A stretch of 64,000 bases of DNA, from contig OZ024745.1 of assembly GCA_964016885.1 (NCBI GenBank), positions 92,938,001 to 93,002,000 of the forward strand, given 5' to 3'. Positions within the stretch are counted from its first letter, which is position 1; each line of letters opens with the position of its first letter. This document shows positions 26,311 to 39,249 of this stretch, piece after piece. The notes beneath the pieces are model-generated. The model did no database searches. It saw only the letters and a list, made by a program, of their open reading frames with translations, and was not told the origin of the DNA. Position numbers and translations under genes: made by a program. This stretch comes from Eledone cirrhosa. Taxonomy: Eukaryota.

Positions 26311-26739
26311 AATGCACATGTCCATGCACACAGAATTACACATACTATCAGAAAAGAAATGAAGAAAAAAAGCTTTTAAACATTTCTTTGTCTTGGTATT
26401 GTCTGCAGTGTTCTAAACACTCTTATTACTCAATTATTTAGAGATAAACAATTTTCTTTGTGTAGATCAATTATGTGTAATATTTCGTCTGGAATCTATT
26501 TTGGCATTTTTTATCATCATCATCAGCATCTGTTCCATCATCATCACCATCATCTGTGCCATTATCGTCACCATCATCATCATCTGTGCCATCGTCACCA
26601 TCATCAACATCACCATCATCATCGCCACCATCATCTGTGCCATCACCACCATCATCATCATGTGCTATCATCATCAACATCACCATCATCACCACCATCA
26701 TCATCATCATCATCTGTGCCACCATCACCCCATCATCAT

Positions 26740-27428
26740 CGTGACCTGGGCATTACGGTCAGCAGCAATTTGCGTTGGACAAAGCACGTCTCTAAAATTG
26801 TCAAGAGGGCTGAGGGTGTCTGAGTAAGATAGGGGTTCCAGACTGGTGATGCAAATTCTAAGTGTGGCCGCACTCCAGCTATCTATTTAAGGCTGTACAT
26901 GGCTATGGTGCAGCCACACTTAGAATTTGCATCACCAGTCTGGAACCCCTATCTTGCTCAGGACATTGACCGCCTGGAAACTGTTCAGAGACGTGCAACC
27001 AAGCGAATACCCTCCATCAGGCATCTACCATACTCTGAACACCTTGCTTCCCTGGGCATGGATACATTGAAGCTCCGACGCCTGGCAACTGACTTGGTAA
27101 ACACCCACAAAATTGTTAACCATCTTGCCAACAACAACCCTGAGTACCTTTTTGATTTCCATGTGTCTAACACACGTGGACATGCCCACAAAGTCAGAAA
27201 ACAGCATAGTTCCCATGACTTTTGGAAACATTTTTTCACGCTCAGAGTTGCTGAAGCATGGAACAAACTACCTGCATCAGTTGTTAGCTGTCGAGACACT
27301 GCATCCTTTAAAACCTCCATGCTTCCCGAGATTTGCCAACACTACACCTAATGTTCCCGCTCCGTACACATACACACATGTATATCATGACTCATCCACT
27401 ATTCACTTCCCTGACATTTGTATATTAT
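26740..27428 (+). mobile_element. CR1-like LINE 3' end (RT C-terminus)
   Basis: RDLGITVSSNLRW..MVQPHLEFASPVWNP..LETVQRRATK..LRRLATDL..NTRGH..FFTLRVAEAWNKLP. Confidence 0.9.
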
Positions 27429-27429
27429 T

Positions 27430-27600
27430 CTGTGGATTGGCAATATTGGTAGAGGGTCGGAAACCATGCTTTGCAACAAAGAGTTATGGTCCTTTATGGT
27501 CTGAGTTCAAATCCCACTGAGGTTAACTTTGCCTTTCATCCTTACGGGGTCGATAAAATAAAGTACCAGTAATACACTGGGATAATTGCTGGCCTTGTGT
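27430..27600 (+). mobile_element. OR-like tRNA SINE
   Basis: Homologous to 22926-23110. Confidence 0.8.
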
Positions 27601-27664
27601 GGGCATCAGTGTAATCATCATATTTACCTCCATTATCATCACTGCTATCACTACTCTCATTACC

Positions 27665-28590
27665 ATAATAATAATAATGGTTTCTTTATTGGCCACAAGG
27701 GCTAACATGAAGAAAAACATTACAGACGGCACAGAACGATACAAAGTGGGTTTTGGCCGTGTAAAAAGGTTATAAAAGACAGAAACGTGTAAAATAAATT
27801 AAAATTCAAACAACAAAAAATTCCCCAATAAGGGGGAAGCCTCTGAGGGTCACTCATGGCGAAAACCACACAAAAGACCAGGGCAAGTACCCTCTCTCAG
27901 TTTTCCCACTCCTCAGTCTACAGGTGCATACTCAGAGTGTATGCACCTGTTCACTCGGACCAGACTTTCCACTTTCACCCACCTTTCAACAAACTTACTA
28001 GAAGACAGCACTTGCCTCTCCACCCTGATTTTCCTCTTCAAGTGAAACTTGAAAAAGTTAATCAGGGATTGGCCGGAGAGGAAAGTGTCCGTCTTCAACC
28101 ATTTCAACCTTGTCCACCACAAAATCTCTTTCGCCATGGCCACCAGGCAGATGAAAACTGCCTGCCCTTCCTCCTCTTTAAAGGAGGATGGCGGGGCTAT
28201 CTGCACAATGGACTCAACTGCGACAGTAACTGTTCGACATAGCTCCACAAGTCAGCAAGCCACGGGCACTGAACGAGTGCGTGCAGGACGGTTCCGTCGT
28301 CCTGCGCGCATCTCGGACAGGCTCGGCTGACAGCACCTCTGTGCCTATAGTGCTTATCCCGAACCAGCAACTCTCCCCGGTAGCACTGCCAGGCCAGGGA
28401 TTTCTGGAAATTGTCCATAGGCCTCCAGGCTGAAAGTTCTCTTGAAGAGAGCAAACAGCTGATCGTCTTCGACACCCAGGGTCTCCCCGAGAACGTTGTC
28501 GCTCTTCCCCTCCACTAGCCCTCTCTAGAACGCCAAGGTGGATGTTCCACTGATATCAGTGCCCAGCTGGTAGAGCGCTTGGAGACATTC
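27665..28590 (-). mobile_element. Tx1/L1-clade LINE 3' end (zf-RVT zinc-binding domain)
   Basis: LAWQCYRGEL..CPRC....TVLHALVQCP..LW; AKEILWWTR; 3' GTGGCCAATAAAG then (ATT)n tail. Confidence 0.8.
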
Positions 28591-29429
28591 CAGCTTTGTC
28601 ACCACCACTGCTACCACTATCATCCTCATCCTCATCTCCACTATAATCATCATCATTGCCACAAAAATCCTCATCATCATCATTACCATCTTTTGATCAT
28701 CATTATCTCCACTATATTCATCATCCTCATTGCCACCAAAATCCCCCTCTTCCCCCTCATCCTTTGATCATCATCATCATCATCATAATCATCCTCATTG
28801 CCACCTAAATCCTCCACCTCCTCAGCATCATCAGCATAATTATCATCATCATCATCACCATAAACATCATCATCACCACCACCATAATCATCATCATCAT
28901 CATCATCATTACCATCATCTTTAAATTTACCCTGATACCCAACAAAAGCTCAATAACTAAAAATAGTCATGATTTATAAGTTGGTGTCCGCACAAAAAAA
29001 CAATTGGCAACTTTTAATTAGTTTTGTCTGACATTAAACAAAATTCTTCTTCTTCTTATTATTATTATTATTATTGCGGTCTTTCCCCCTTCCCCCATCT
29101 CTCTCTTTCACTATCTTTATATCTCTCATCCTTTTTCTTACTTGTATTTTTATTTTTTTATTTTTTTTACATTTAATTTAAATATGTTTTATCATCCCCC
29201 ACACATAGAGATAAATACCTGTGTCTTGCCACTCCCACACCTGCAGCATTTTTGGAAAATTTGGCTTCTAGTTTCATGTTATATCTTGCTAGCTTTTATA
29301 ACCTTTTCTTTCTGCTAAGCTGCAGAAAGAAAAAGTATTTGATTTCTCCCCATATTATCACAACCAACAACAACAACCATGTTAACTAATGACAGTGTTG
29401 TTGTTGTTGTTGTAAATTTTTATGTATCT

Positions 29430-29990
29430 TTGTCTTCATCACTCATCTTCTATCTCTTTCTTCTCCTCCTCATTCTCCTTCTCCTGTCTCTCTCTCACAC
29501 TTTTCTATATCTCGAGTTATCTACTTCCCCCTCACTCCTTCTTTCAACCCTGCTCTTCTCCCCTCTCTCTCTCTCCTTCGCTCTTTCTCTCTCTCTCTTC
29601 TTTCTTACCCATTCCTCTCATCTCATTCTCTATTTCTCTCTCGTCTCTCTCTCCCTCCTCTCTCTCTCTATCTCTCATCTCTCTCTCTCTCTCCCTCTCT
29701 CTCTATCTCTCATCTCTCTCTCCTCTCCCATCTCTCTCTCCTCTCCCTCTTTCTCTCTCTCTCATCTCTCTCCCCTCTCTCTCTCTTTCTCTATCTCTCA
29801 TCTCTCTCTCCTCTCTCTCTCTTTCTCTATCTCCCCTCTGTCTCTTTCTGTATCTCTCATCTCTCTCTCCTCTCTCTCTCTTTCTCTATCTCTCATCTCT
29901 CTCTATCTCCCTCTCTCTCTATCTCTCGCCTGTTCCTCTCCATTCTCTCTCTCTTCCTCTCCCACATACCACCATCTCTATCTCTCCTCT
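29430..29990. repeat. Degenerate (CT)n tract
   Basis: Direct inspection; similar tracts at 34760-34965, 35200-35740, 61600-62100. Confidence 0.95.
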
Positions 29991-30223
29991 ACACTATAAC
30001 CCAGTCCTAAGGCTTCTCCCTTCTCAGCTCCACCACCAGGCCATCTTCTCTCATCAATATATTTTCTATTAATAGCTGCCCTCCCCTCTAAAAAAGAAAC
30101 AACACACAAACAAAACTCTTGAATATTTGCCAAAGAATACTATTTCAGAATGACTATATTGTAGCAGTTAGCAAGAGAGTCTGTACTCACTCTACCTCAC
30201 TTCTCTCTCACTCTTTCTTACAC

Positions 30224-30296
<73 letters not shown>

Positions 30297-30389
30297 TATA
30301 TATACATACATTCATACACACACACACATATATATACATTCATACACATATATATATACACACACATGTATATATATACATACATTCAT

Positions 30390-30430
<41 letters not shown>

Positions 30431-30465
30431 CATTCATACACACACACACACACACACATATATGC

Positions 30466-30513
<48 letters not shown>

Positions 30514-30714
30514 TGCTTTTTTCAACCTCTCCTGTAAATAGTTTGTCTGTGCCACATTGAATATATCCATATCTGTGTTAGTATGGATTAACATAATTGT
30601 TAGATTGGTCTCCTTCTAGACACCATTTATATACATATATGCAGTCATGCAGACAATACAGTCATATATACATATCCATTACACCATCTCTCTTTCCTAT
30701 CTCCCCCTCTCACT

Positions 30715-30759
<45 letters not shown>

Positions 30760-30761
<2 letters not shown>

Positions 30762-31104
30762 TCATTATCATCATCATCATCATTTTACGTCTGCTTTTCC
30801 CTGCTTGCAAGGGTGGGACGGGAACTGATTCTGGCTTGATTTCTACAGCTGGATGCCCTTCCTAACACCAACCTCATTTACAGTGAGTGCTGGGTGATTT
30901 TTTGCCATGGCACCTCCACGACCACTTTGCAGTGGAATGATAGACACCTCAGTCCTATCATCTCATTTCTACAGCTGAGTAAACTGGAGCAATGTGAAAT
31001 AAAGTGTCTTGCTCAAGGAAACAACACATCACCCAGTCTGAGAATTGAACTCACAACCTTTTGATTGCAAGGCCAATGCTCTAACCACTAAGCCATGTGC
31101 CTCC
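30760..31104 (-). mobile_element. tRNA-head SINE with CORE-like domain and RTE family-1 tail
   Basis: Near-identical to 53183-53525; tail CGTCCCACCCTTGCAAGCAGGGAAAAGC shared with the RTE LINE. Confidence 0.88.
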
Positions 31105-31107
31105 ATA

Positions 31108-31218
31108 GCAGTAAATGCTTACGGTTCCCAAGCGGTCACCCATCTAAGTACTACCTAGGCTCGACGTTGCTTAACTTTGGTGATCGGACGAGAACCAGTG
31201 TTTTCAGCGTGATATGGC

Positions 31219-31220
<2 letters not shown>
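31108..31220 (-). pseudogene. 5S rRNA-derived copy (pseudogene or SINE3-like head)
   Basis: Minus strand GCCATATCACGCTGAAAACACTGGTTCTCGTCCGATCACCAAAGTTAAGCAACGTCGAGCC..AGTACTTAGATGGGTGACCGCTTGGGAA; 3' end diverged, no oligo-T terminator. Confidence 0.85.
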
Positions 31221-31249
<29 letters not shown>

Positions 31250-31251
<2 letters not shown>

Positions 31252-31545
31252 AATTTTAGTACAGCATTAACGAAGCTTTAGTTCGCCGCCAAGCTAACGA
31301 ATGCAAATTCGGTCTGTAGCTTTAGTACTCGGATGGGGAAAAGTACCCCAGAGTAATACCAATACGTTTAGACAGCTTAGTAAATCAAATATAGCGATCG
31401 GCAGTCCAGCCGCATCACCAGAGCAACGAAAATACAGGACTCGGGAAAAGAAAATCTTTTCCTGAGTCCTGTATTTTCGTTGCTCTGGTGATGCGGCTGG
31501 ACTGCCGATCGCTATATTTGATTTACTAAGCTGTCTAAACGTATT
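31250..31545. repeat. (TA)n-flanked element with near-perfect 91-bp-arm hairpin (31361-31545)
   Basis: Arms 31361-31451 / 31455-31545, one G-T mismatch, 3-nt loop. Confidence 0.9.
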
Positions 31546-31753
31546 ATATATATATATATATATAATTATCATGCTTTAATGTCTATTAAAAGTTGATGAT
31601 GCTGATAATGCACACACATATATATATATATATACATATAATAACAAAGTGGAGGTATATATATATAGTAATAATAATAAATTTGAAGACTAAAATCCAA
31701 AGAGGGCTCGATAAGGATAAATATATATCAAATATATAAGAACCCTAGAGCAA

Positions 31754-31848
31754 ATATTTATTAAAATAACAGATTAAAGTTTAAGCAAAGAATCGGGTGA
31801 AAGCAGCGATTCTTTGCTTAAACTTTAATCTGTTATTTTAATAAATAT
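31754..31848. repeat. Perfect 42-bp-arm hairpin at the end of a (TA)n-flanked element
   Basis: ATATTTATTAAAATAACAGATTAAAGTTTAAGCAAAGAATCG, loop GGTGAAAGCAG, then reverse complement. Confidence 0.9.
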
Positions 31849-31890
31849 ATATATATATATATATATGAATATATATATATATATATATAT

Positions 31891-32465
31891 GTTGGTATGG
31901 ACACGTGATGCGCATGAAAGTCGATAGCTGTATAACAAAGTGCAGGGAAATAAAGATAGACGGTAGCCACGGAATAGTCAGACCTAGAAAAACCTGGGAC
32001 GAGCTGATAAACTCCGACCTCACACACTTACACCTCTCCAAGACAATGTCACTGGACCGAGACCTTTGGCGGTACTCAGTAATAGAGAAGACCCGCCTTA
32101 CCTAAATACATAGTAAAACCTACTACAGTCAGTAGGCATCTCTAACAAAATACACCCCCACCCCATCCACACCGCCCCCTTCTATGTAAAGTTATGTTGG
32201 TGCCACACCATCCAGGCCGAAACAAATGAAATCGTAAAAAAACACACAGTCCACGCTGTAATGTGGCCGTGTAGGCAACACGGTAAAAACCTCCCAGACC
32301 CACACTGTAAATGTGGTTGGTGTTAGGAAGGGCATCCAACTGTAGAAAACCCGCCAGACAGTCCTATGCGAGCAAGACAATCACTCTTGCCTCAAGTGGG
32401 AAAACCCCCGTCCAAACCCATGCAAGCGTGGAACACGGACATTAAACGTTGATGATGATGATGAT
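31891..32465 (+). mobile_element. RTE family-3 3' fragment
   Basis: [19 protein letters not shown]; 3' UTR as at 7450-7897. Confidence 0.88.
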
Positions 32466-32489
32466 ATATATTCATATATATATATATAA

Positions 32490-32845
32490 AAAAAAGAAAA
32501 TTTTGCTCTACATGGCTGAATACAGTAAATGTAATCTGAGTTTTTCGAATATTGATAATCACATTCGATTCGTTTGCAATTTTGCTAATATGCAAATCAG
32601 GCCGATCAGTGTATTTTTGAAAATAGCATATATTTTCACGAGCTCTGACAGTTAGGCAGGTGAACAGTGAGCTGTACTGATGAAGAGTGATACCCAGAAA
32701 CATTAGTGTCTGCATTTCTGTTCGCATGCCAACATAAGAGCAAGAATGAAGTGTTCATTCTCCTGACATGACTATAAAATTGAGGCTTGTTTGCAAACGA
32801 ATCGAATGTTATTATTAATATTCGAAAAACTCAGATTACATTTAT
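32490..32845 (+). mobile_element. Penelope-derived mini-element with ~60-bp inverted ends and hammerhead at 32669-32718
   Basis: IR ~32527-32579 / 32791-32844; gagctgta-CTGATGA-agagtgataccca-GAAA-cattagt-GTC-tgcatttc. Confidence 0.7.
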
Positions 32846-33681
32846 ATATATGTATATATATATACATATATATAATATATATATGTATATATATATACAT
32901 ATATATAAATATATATCATCATCATGCTCACTCTGTACAGAATGCTTTTAGTGCATTTTCATGGCAAACACTAGGGATGTTGTCATATCTTTGACGCAAC
33001 TGCAGTCCTCTCAGCCCTTTGTTTAGTATGGCTTCTATGGCTCGATGACCTTTCTATCATTAATCAGTTTACAGAGTGTCCTGGGTGTGTTTTATAATGT
33101 CAAGAAACACTAAAGAAGTTGTTGTGCCCTTGACACAATTAAAAAGCTCTCTTGACCCTTTGTTTAGCATAGTTTCTATAGCTGGATACCCTTCATATTA
33201 CCCAGCATCTTACAGGGTGTATTGGGTGCATTTTTCATGACTCTAGCTCTAGAGAGTTTGCTGTGTCATGATTGATGAGTTTTCTCCACTCTCTGGCTTG
33301 GTTTCTATGACTGAAAGCTCTTCCTAACACCAACCACTTTATAGATTGTACTGGGTGTGTTTCATCATGACACCAGCCCTAGGGAGGTTGCCAGTCAGTG
33401 TCTTGACTGAAGAACCATTCCTACACCCTGGTTTAGGAAGTATGGATAAAAGGAATTGGTCGGGAGTTGGACAAGTATAATGTCATTAGTTAGGGGTAGT
33501 GGAAAAAGAGGGAGGAGAGTGATCTCAAATAGAGGAGTGTACAGTGCAGATGAAAACAGTTACCAAGGAGTTATAGCTTTAGAATTTAAATAGAGTGGAG
33601 GGGTTCCTGAGTAGAGTGGAGTGGGATGTACAGTGATGATGAGGATAGTTACTGTATATGGGGATGCATTAAGTCACAATT

Positions 33682-33898
33682 TTAACCCTTTAACATTTAC
33701 ATTTCTCTATATATACTATTGTATTTTCTTCAGTAAAGGCTTTATCTCACATAATATCGAAGCTATGTGATTTTGATGTTATTGATTTTGAGAACAATAC
33801 CTTAACATCAGTATGGGTGGCCTGTTACGGCTGGTTTGAAAAGAAAGAGGTGAGCAAATTCTGGCCGGATATGGCCAGTTTAAATGCTAAAAGGTTAA
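33682..33898. mobile_element. piggyBac-like MITE, family 1
   Basis: TTAACCCTTT...AATGCTAAAAGGTTAA. Confidence 0.75.
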
Positions 33899-33929
33899 GC
33901 TAATAGATAAGTTCTCACTGCCCTTTGTC

Positions 33930-34400
33930 ATCTGCCATATGATTCAGCTTCCTAAGATCTGTTTTCACTACTTAATGCCATGTCTTCTTAGGTCTACCTC
34001 TTCTACAAGTCCCATCCACTGAGATCCCTCTGCATTTCTTTATACCACTGTCATCTTTCATATTTATCTCATGTTCGCACCAATACAGTCTTCTCTCTTG
34101 CATACTTCCTTGGATTCCTTTTATGTCTCGTTTTTCTCTCAGTTCACTTATGCTGCCATGTTAATGTACACTAACATTACACATCCACAAAAGTATACAA
34201 GCATTTTAGAATTTGCAGGTCTTTTGCAGTCCCAACCCATGTCTTACTGCCATGTAGTATTGTAGTTTGCATTGTAGGCATCATATAGTCTACCACCCTT
34301 CACTTTGAGAGAAAAGCTCTTTATTGTCAGCAATGATATTAGCTCCCTCTTCTAGTCCATTCTTCCTCTGATTAGATGACCTAGGTAATAAATCTGGTAC
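33930..34400 (-). pseudogene. Highly decayed RTE RT C-terminal fragment
   Basis: Nucleotide similarity to 47100-47570. Confidence 0.65.
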
Positions 34401-35438
34401 ACACCTTCTGGGAGCCTCCTTGGCAGATAAGGGAATTTATTTTGCATGTGTTCTTATTGCTTATTCATTTCGCATCTGCCTCATAAAAAATATATCTTCC
34501 TGTAATCCCAGTACATCTCCTGCCTCTATAGATTATATCTGGAGATTTTTCCCACACTTTTTCAACATATTGAAGAAATCCATTTTCCAGATGGTATCAA
34601 AGTGCTGTTTTCTTTCATACTTATTAATTACTGAGTTGCAGGAATTGTCTTTATGCAGGTCATAAACAAATGTTGCTAGCATGAATGCCACACAATCTCA
34701 TATCTCCTTGTGCTCTGCCAATAAATCAATACTTTTCTTTCAACCCCCGTACACTCCCCCCTCTCTATCTATCTATCTCTGTCTCTCTCTCTCTCTCATC
34801 CCCCATCTCTTCTTCCCTCTCTCTCATCCCCTCTCCCTCTCTCTCTTCCCCTGCCTCCTCTCTCTCTCTAACACCTCTCTCTCTTCCCCGCCTCCCCCTC
34901 TCTCTCTCTAATACCTCTCTCTCATCCCCCCCCCCTCTCTCTCTCTTCCCCCCCCCCTCTCTCTCACCTAGATTACACTTGTCTCATTACAGGTAAGTTT
35001 CTGGTGAGACAAGCCCATGACCTGGTTTCAATTTACAAATGTATTAATCTGTATCTGTTTAGTTCCTAGGTTATAGACAGATTGCTTTACTTAAATCAAT
35101 AATGGCCTTGAGGAAAGCATGAACATCACACAATCTGATTTTCATTTCCCCCCCCCCCCATTAATAACTCTGTCTCCTACCCATATAACAAAAATCAATA
35201 TTTTCTCTCTCCAACTCTCATCTCTCACTCTCCCATCTTCACTCTCTCTCTCTCTCTCTCTCTCATTTCTCATTACTCTCACCTCTCTCTCTCACCCCTC
35301 TGTCACTCTCTCATCTCTCTCTTTCTCACTCTCATCTCTCCTTTCCCTCTTTCTCTTCACTTATACTTTTTTCTTCTTCCTCCTTTTTCATTTCTTCTGT
35401 TTTTTTCCTTTTCTCTTCCTCTCACCACCATTGTTACT

Positions 35439-35484
<46 letters not shown>

Positions 35485-35551
35485 TCTCTCTTTCTCACAC
35501 ACACTCATCTCTCTCTCCCCATCTCTCTCACACTCATTTTTCCTACTCTCC

Positions 35552-35683
<132 letters not shown>

Positions 35684-36244
35684 ATCACTCCCACTCTCCC
35701 AATCTCTCTCTCTCTCTTCCACCTCTCTCTCTCTCCAAAGCTTACTATTATTGTCTGTGAGCTAAGCCAGTGATATGGTTTCATTTGCCAATTGTTGTTA
35801 TAATACTAATGCCATTGATGGCATTCTACTTAATTCCCCTCCTTATGTCAATCTCAGATCTTATACCTATGCAAACCATTCATACTATCTGTCTTTTTCT
35901 CTCTCCCTCTCTCTCCTCTCTTCCACTCTCTCTCCTCTCTTCCACTCTCTCTCCTTATTTACGCTATTCCAGAGAGAAAGGGATAGGTCTTTATCTTAAA
36001 GAGAATATACAATCACTCACATGTTTATATGTATGTAGATGTGTGTGTGTATATAAGTATAAAGAAAGTGCTCAAGTGCAGAAATGCTATAAAGATAGGG
36101 TGAAGATCCTTAAAAGGGTGAAGATCCTTAAAAGACAGAAAAAGAAGTTGCCCTCAGCTGGTATGTGGAATTGAACCCTATATGTTCCACACACACACAC
36201 ACAGACATACACACACACACATATATGTGTATATATATATATAT

Positions 36245-36297
<53 letters not shown>

Positions 36298-36424
36298 ATA
36301 TATATATGTATAAATATCATCATCATCATTTTACATCCGCTTTTCCCTGCTTGCAAGGGTTGGACATGTATATATATATATATATATAAACATACATATA
36401 TATATATGTATATATATATATACA

Positions 36425-37580
36425 GGATAACAGGTTATCGTTTTAGGCAGTCCACTTAGATGTAGTCCAGTTGGAGAACTCCGTGTAGTGGATAGTATTA
36501 ACGTGTGGCTTAGTTTGACTCAACAAGACGTTTCCATAGTGATGCTGCGAGTTCGCGGTGATTTCTATGTAGTTTATACTTGGAGTAATAATAGTTAAAG
36601 AAAGAAGAGTGACATGGTTCGCTATACAATAAGGGCTTTATTCACATTGCTGACAATTGTTTCTTTGATCTGGTAGGTCTAGAGTTCGCTACCTGCCTGA
36701 TTTTGCGTCAATCGATCTCCAATACATTGTTTATAACCAGTCGTTTTCATCAGAGCACGCGAAATGAAGAAGATACACAAGGCATGGCTTTTATATAGGT
36801 GTGGTATTAAACCAGAACAATAATATCAATAAAATAATAACTAGATAGCAAATAGTTAAAATAATAACATCAATATAAGTAAGAAATAGAGTATAATGAT
36901 GAATCTAGCATGTTAAACGAACTGATATGATACAGATGTATGAAATTGACATGTAAAAACTGCTATAGGGTACATTAGATATAGTGTTAAGATAGCGATG
37001 AGATAACAGTAACAACTAAAATTTACTTGGAGACAGGATTTATAATGTATCTGCTATGCTGTAGGTATGCTGGCAATAAACCGGAGATTTACTTATTGTT
37101 TGACATACGTGCAGATAAACATTTTCGTTTTATTAATTTAGAGAGGATGATAGTTTTTATGTGGTGTTAAGTGGAGTTGTAGATTCGTTATTTAAGTGGC
37201 CTATACTAAAGGTAGGGATTGTTAGTTTGAGTCATGGGGGTTTAGTTTTCACAGCATCAATAACAAATCGTGTATAAATAAGACAGTAATAACAACAATA
37301 ATAGAAAGAATAAAGGTAATAAAATAGTAAAATATGCATGGTAGATATAGAGAACATGATGAATAATATTAGGGATACATTGAGATGTTCATAATAATAA
37401 TAAGAATAATAAGAGGAAGGTAAGATTTCAAGGAGTGTAGGAGTAATAAGATAATGTACTTAGAATTAAGTTCATTTGTTGTTAGAGATCATGAGTGCTC
37501 TGATTAAAACGACTGGTTATAAACAAAGTATTGGAGATCGATTGACACAAAATCAGGCGGGTAGCGAACTATCCGATAAT
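36425..37580 (-). mobile_element. Penelope-derived element with inverted partial pseudo-LTR and long-stem-II hammerhead (36647-36758)
   Basis: IR ~36683-36758 / 37495-37570; gtgct-CTGATGA-[83 nt]-GAAA-caattGTC-agca; TATA-like TATATAAAAG upstream on minus strand; (TA)n flanks. Confidence 0.65.
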
Positions 37581-37624
37581 ACATGTGTCCTTATATGCAT
37601 TTTTTGCACGTAGGAAAACATACT

Positions 37625-37828
37625 TTATTATATATATATATATATGTATGTATATATATATATATATATGTATATGTGTATATATATGTATATGTATGTA
37701 TATATATATGTATATGTGTGTATATGTGTATATATATGTATATATATGTATATATGTGTATGTATATCTATATGTATATATATGTATATATGTGTATATA
37801 TATGTGTATATATATGTATATATATATG

Positions 37829-37879
<51 letters not shown>

Positions 37880-38162
37880 GTATATATATATGTATATATA
37901 TATATATGTATATATATATGTATATATATATATATGTATATATATATGTATATATATGTATATGTATATATATATGTATATATATGTATATGTATATATA
38001 TATGTATATATATGTATATGTATATATATATGTATATATATATGTATATATATATATATGTATATATATATGTATATATATGTATATGTATATATATATA
38101 TGTATATATATATATGTATATGTATATATATATATGTATATATATATATGTATATATATATG

Positions 38163-38193
<31 letters not shown>

Positions 38194-38235
38194 GTATATA
38201 TATATATATATATGTATATATATAGATATATATGT
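37625..38235. repeat. (TA)n/(TATG) microsatellite
   Basis: Direct inspection. Confidence 0.97.
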
Positions 38236-38267
38236 AGAATAGAAAATGAAAATGATGATGATATATA

Positions 38268-38760
38268 TAATACATATCAAAATGAGAAAACTCATTGTTA
38301 AAACAGCTAGATGCTGTCAAAGACAGCATTCGCTAAAAATGCCTCAGAGGACAGATACCAGCAGCCAGTGGTCAACAGAGAGACAATCCACATTTTAAAA
38401 TAACTCTCAATTAAATCGTGCGAAACCATTTTGCTGGTTTGAGAGCTGATCAGGGTGAAGATGTGTGTGTGTAAACTTGTCTTCTCGATCACTTTTTTTT
38501 ATTTCCTTCTTCCAGTCCCTTCTGTGTACCAGCGCACTTCTTGTCCTCCTCCTCTTTCAATCTTTCTTATATTTCATTTGCCTGTCACCCATGTTGTAGA
38601 TTGTCTTTCTGTTGACCACTGGTATCTCTCCTTTGAGGCATTTTTGCCCATTGCTGTCTTTGACAGGATCTAGCTGTTCTAGCGATGAGTTTTCTTGTTT
38701 TTATATGTATTCAAATTCAATCTCGCATCGTTTCGATCAGAGACAACATTGTTTTTTCAT
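38268..38760. repeat. (TA)n-flanked element with ~120-bp imperfect inverted arms
   Basis: 38268-38392 vs 38595-38711 reverse complement. Confidence 0.75.
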
Positions 38761-39249
38761 ATATATATATATATATATATCATCATGACCATCATCACCA
38801 CTGTTTAACATCTATTCTCTCTGCTAACATTGACTTGATGGGTTGTCACCTACTGAGGCTAGACTCATGAGTATAAAATCTGGCTTGTGTTCACCTCATT
38901 GATACGTGATTTTTTGGCTGGTCAAATTTCTGAAGTTTGTGTTGAAGTTTGGTCATTTGCATCACGGAACTCTAGAAATTTGATACAATTTTTAACAGTG
39001 CTATTCTAAGCAAGACAAACATAGCAGAAGAGGTTAAACTCCTTATATTTAAATATTATTAACTATATAAATATATTTATATCAACATAGCAAGTAACCT
39101 CACTGCCATACAAATGTTTACCATGAAAATTAACTCCGTGAATCAAATTATGAATGAGTTAACTTCTAAGATTTCAACATGAAATGCTATGATGAGCTCC
39201 AATTTGAAATAGATACAAACAACATCAGTAATTAATATTAATATCATTT

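Noticed and set aside
29379-30072. Leu/Ser-rich ORFs (also 35119-35760, 61301-62251) and poly-ER ORFs
   Set aside because: (CT)n/(GA)n tracts
31108-31220. Functional 5S rRNA gene
   Set aside because: Single copy, altered ends so terminal helix I cannot form, no oligo-T terminator
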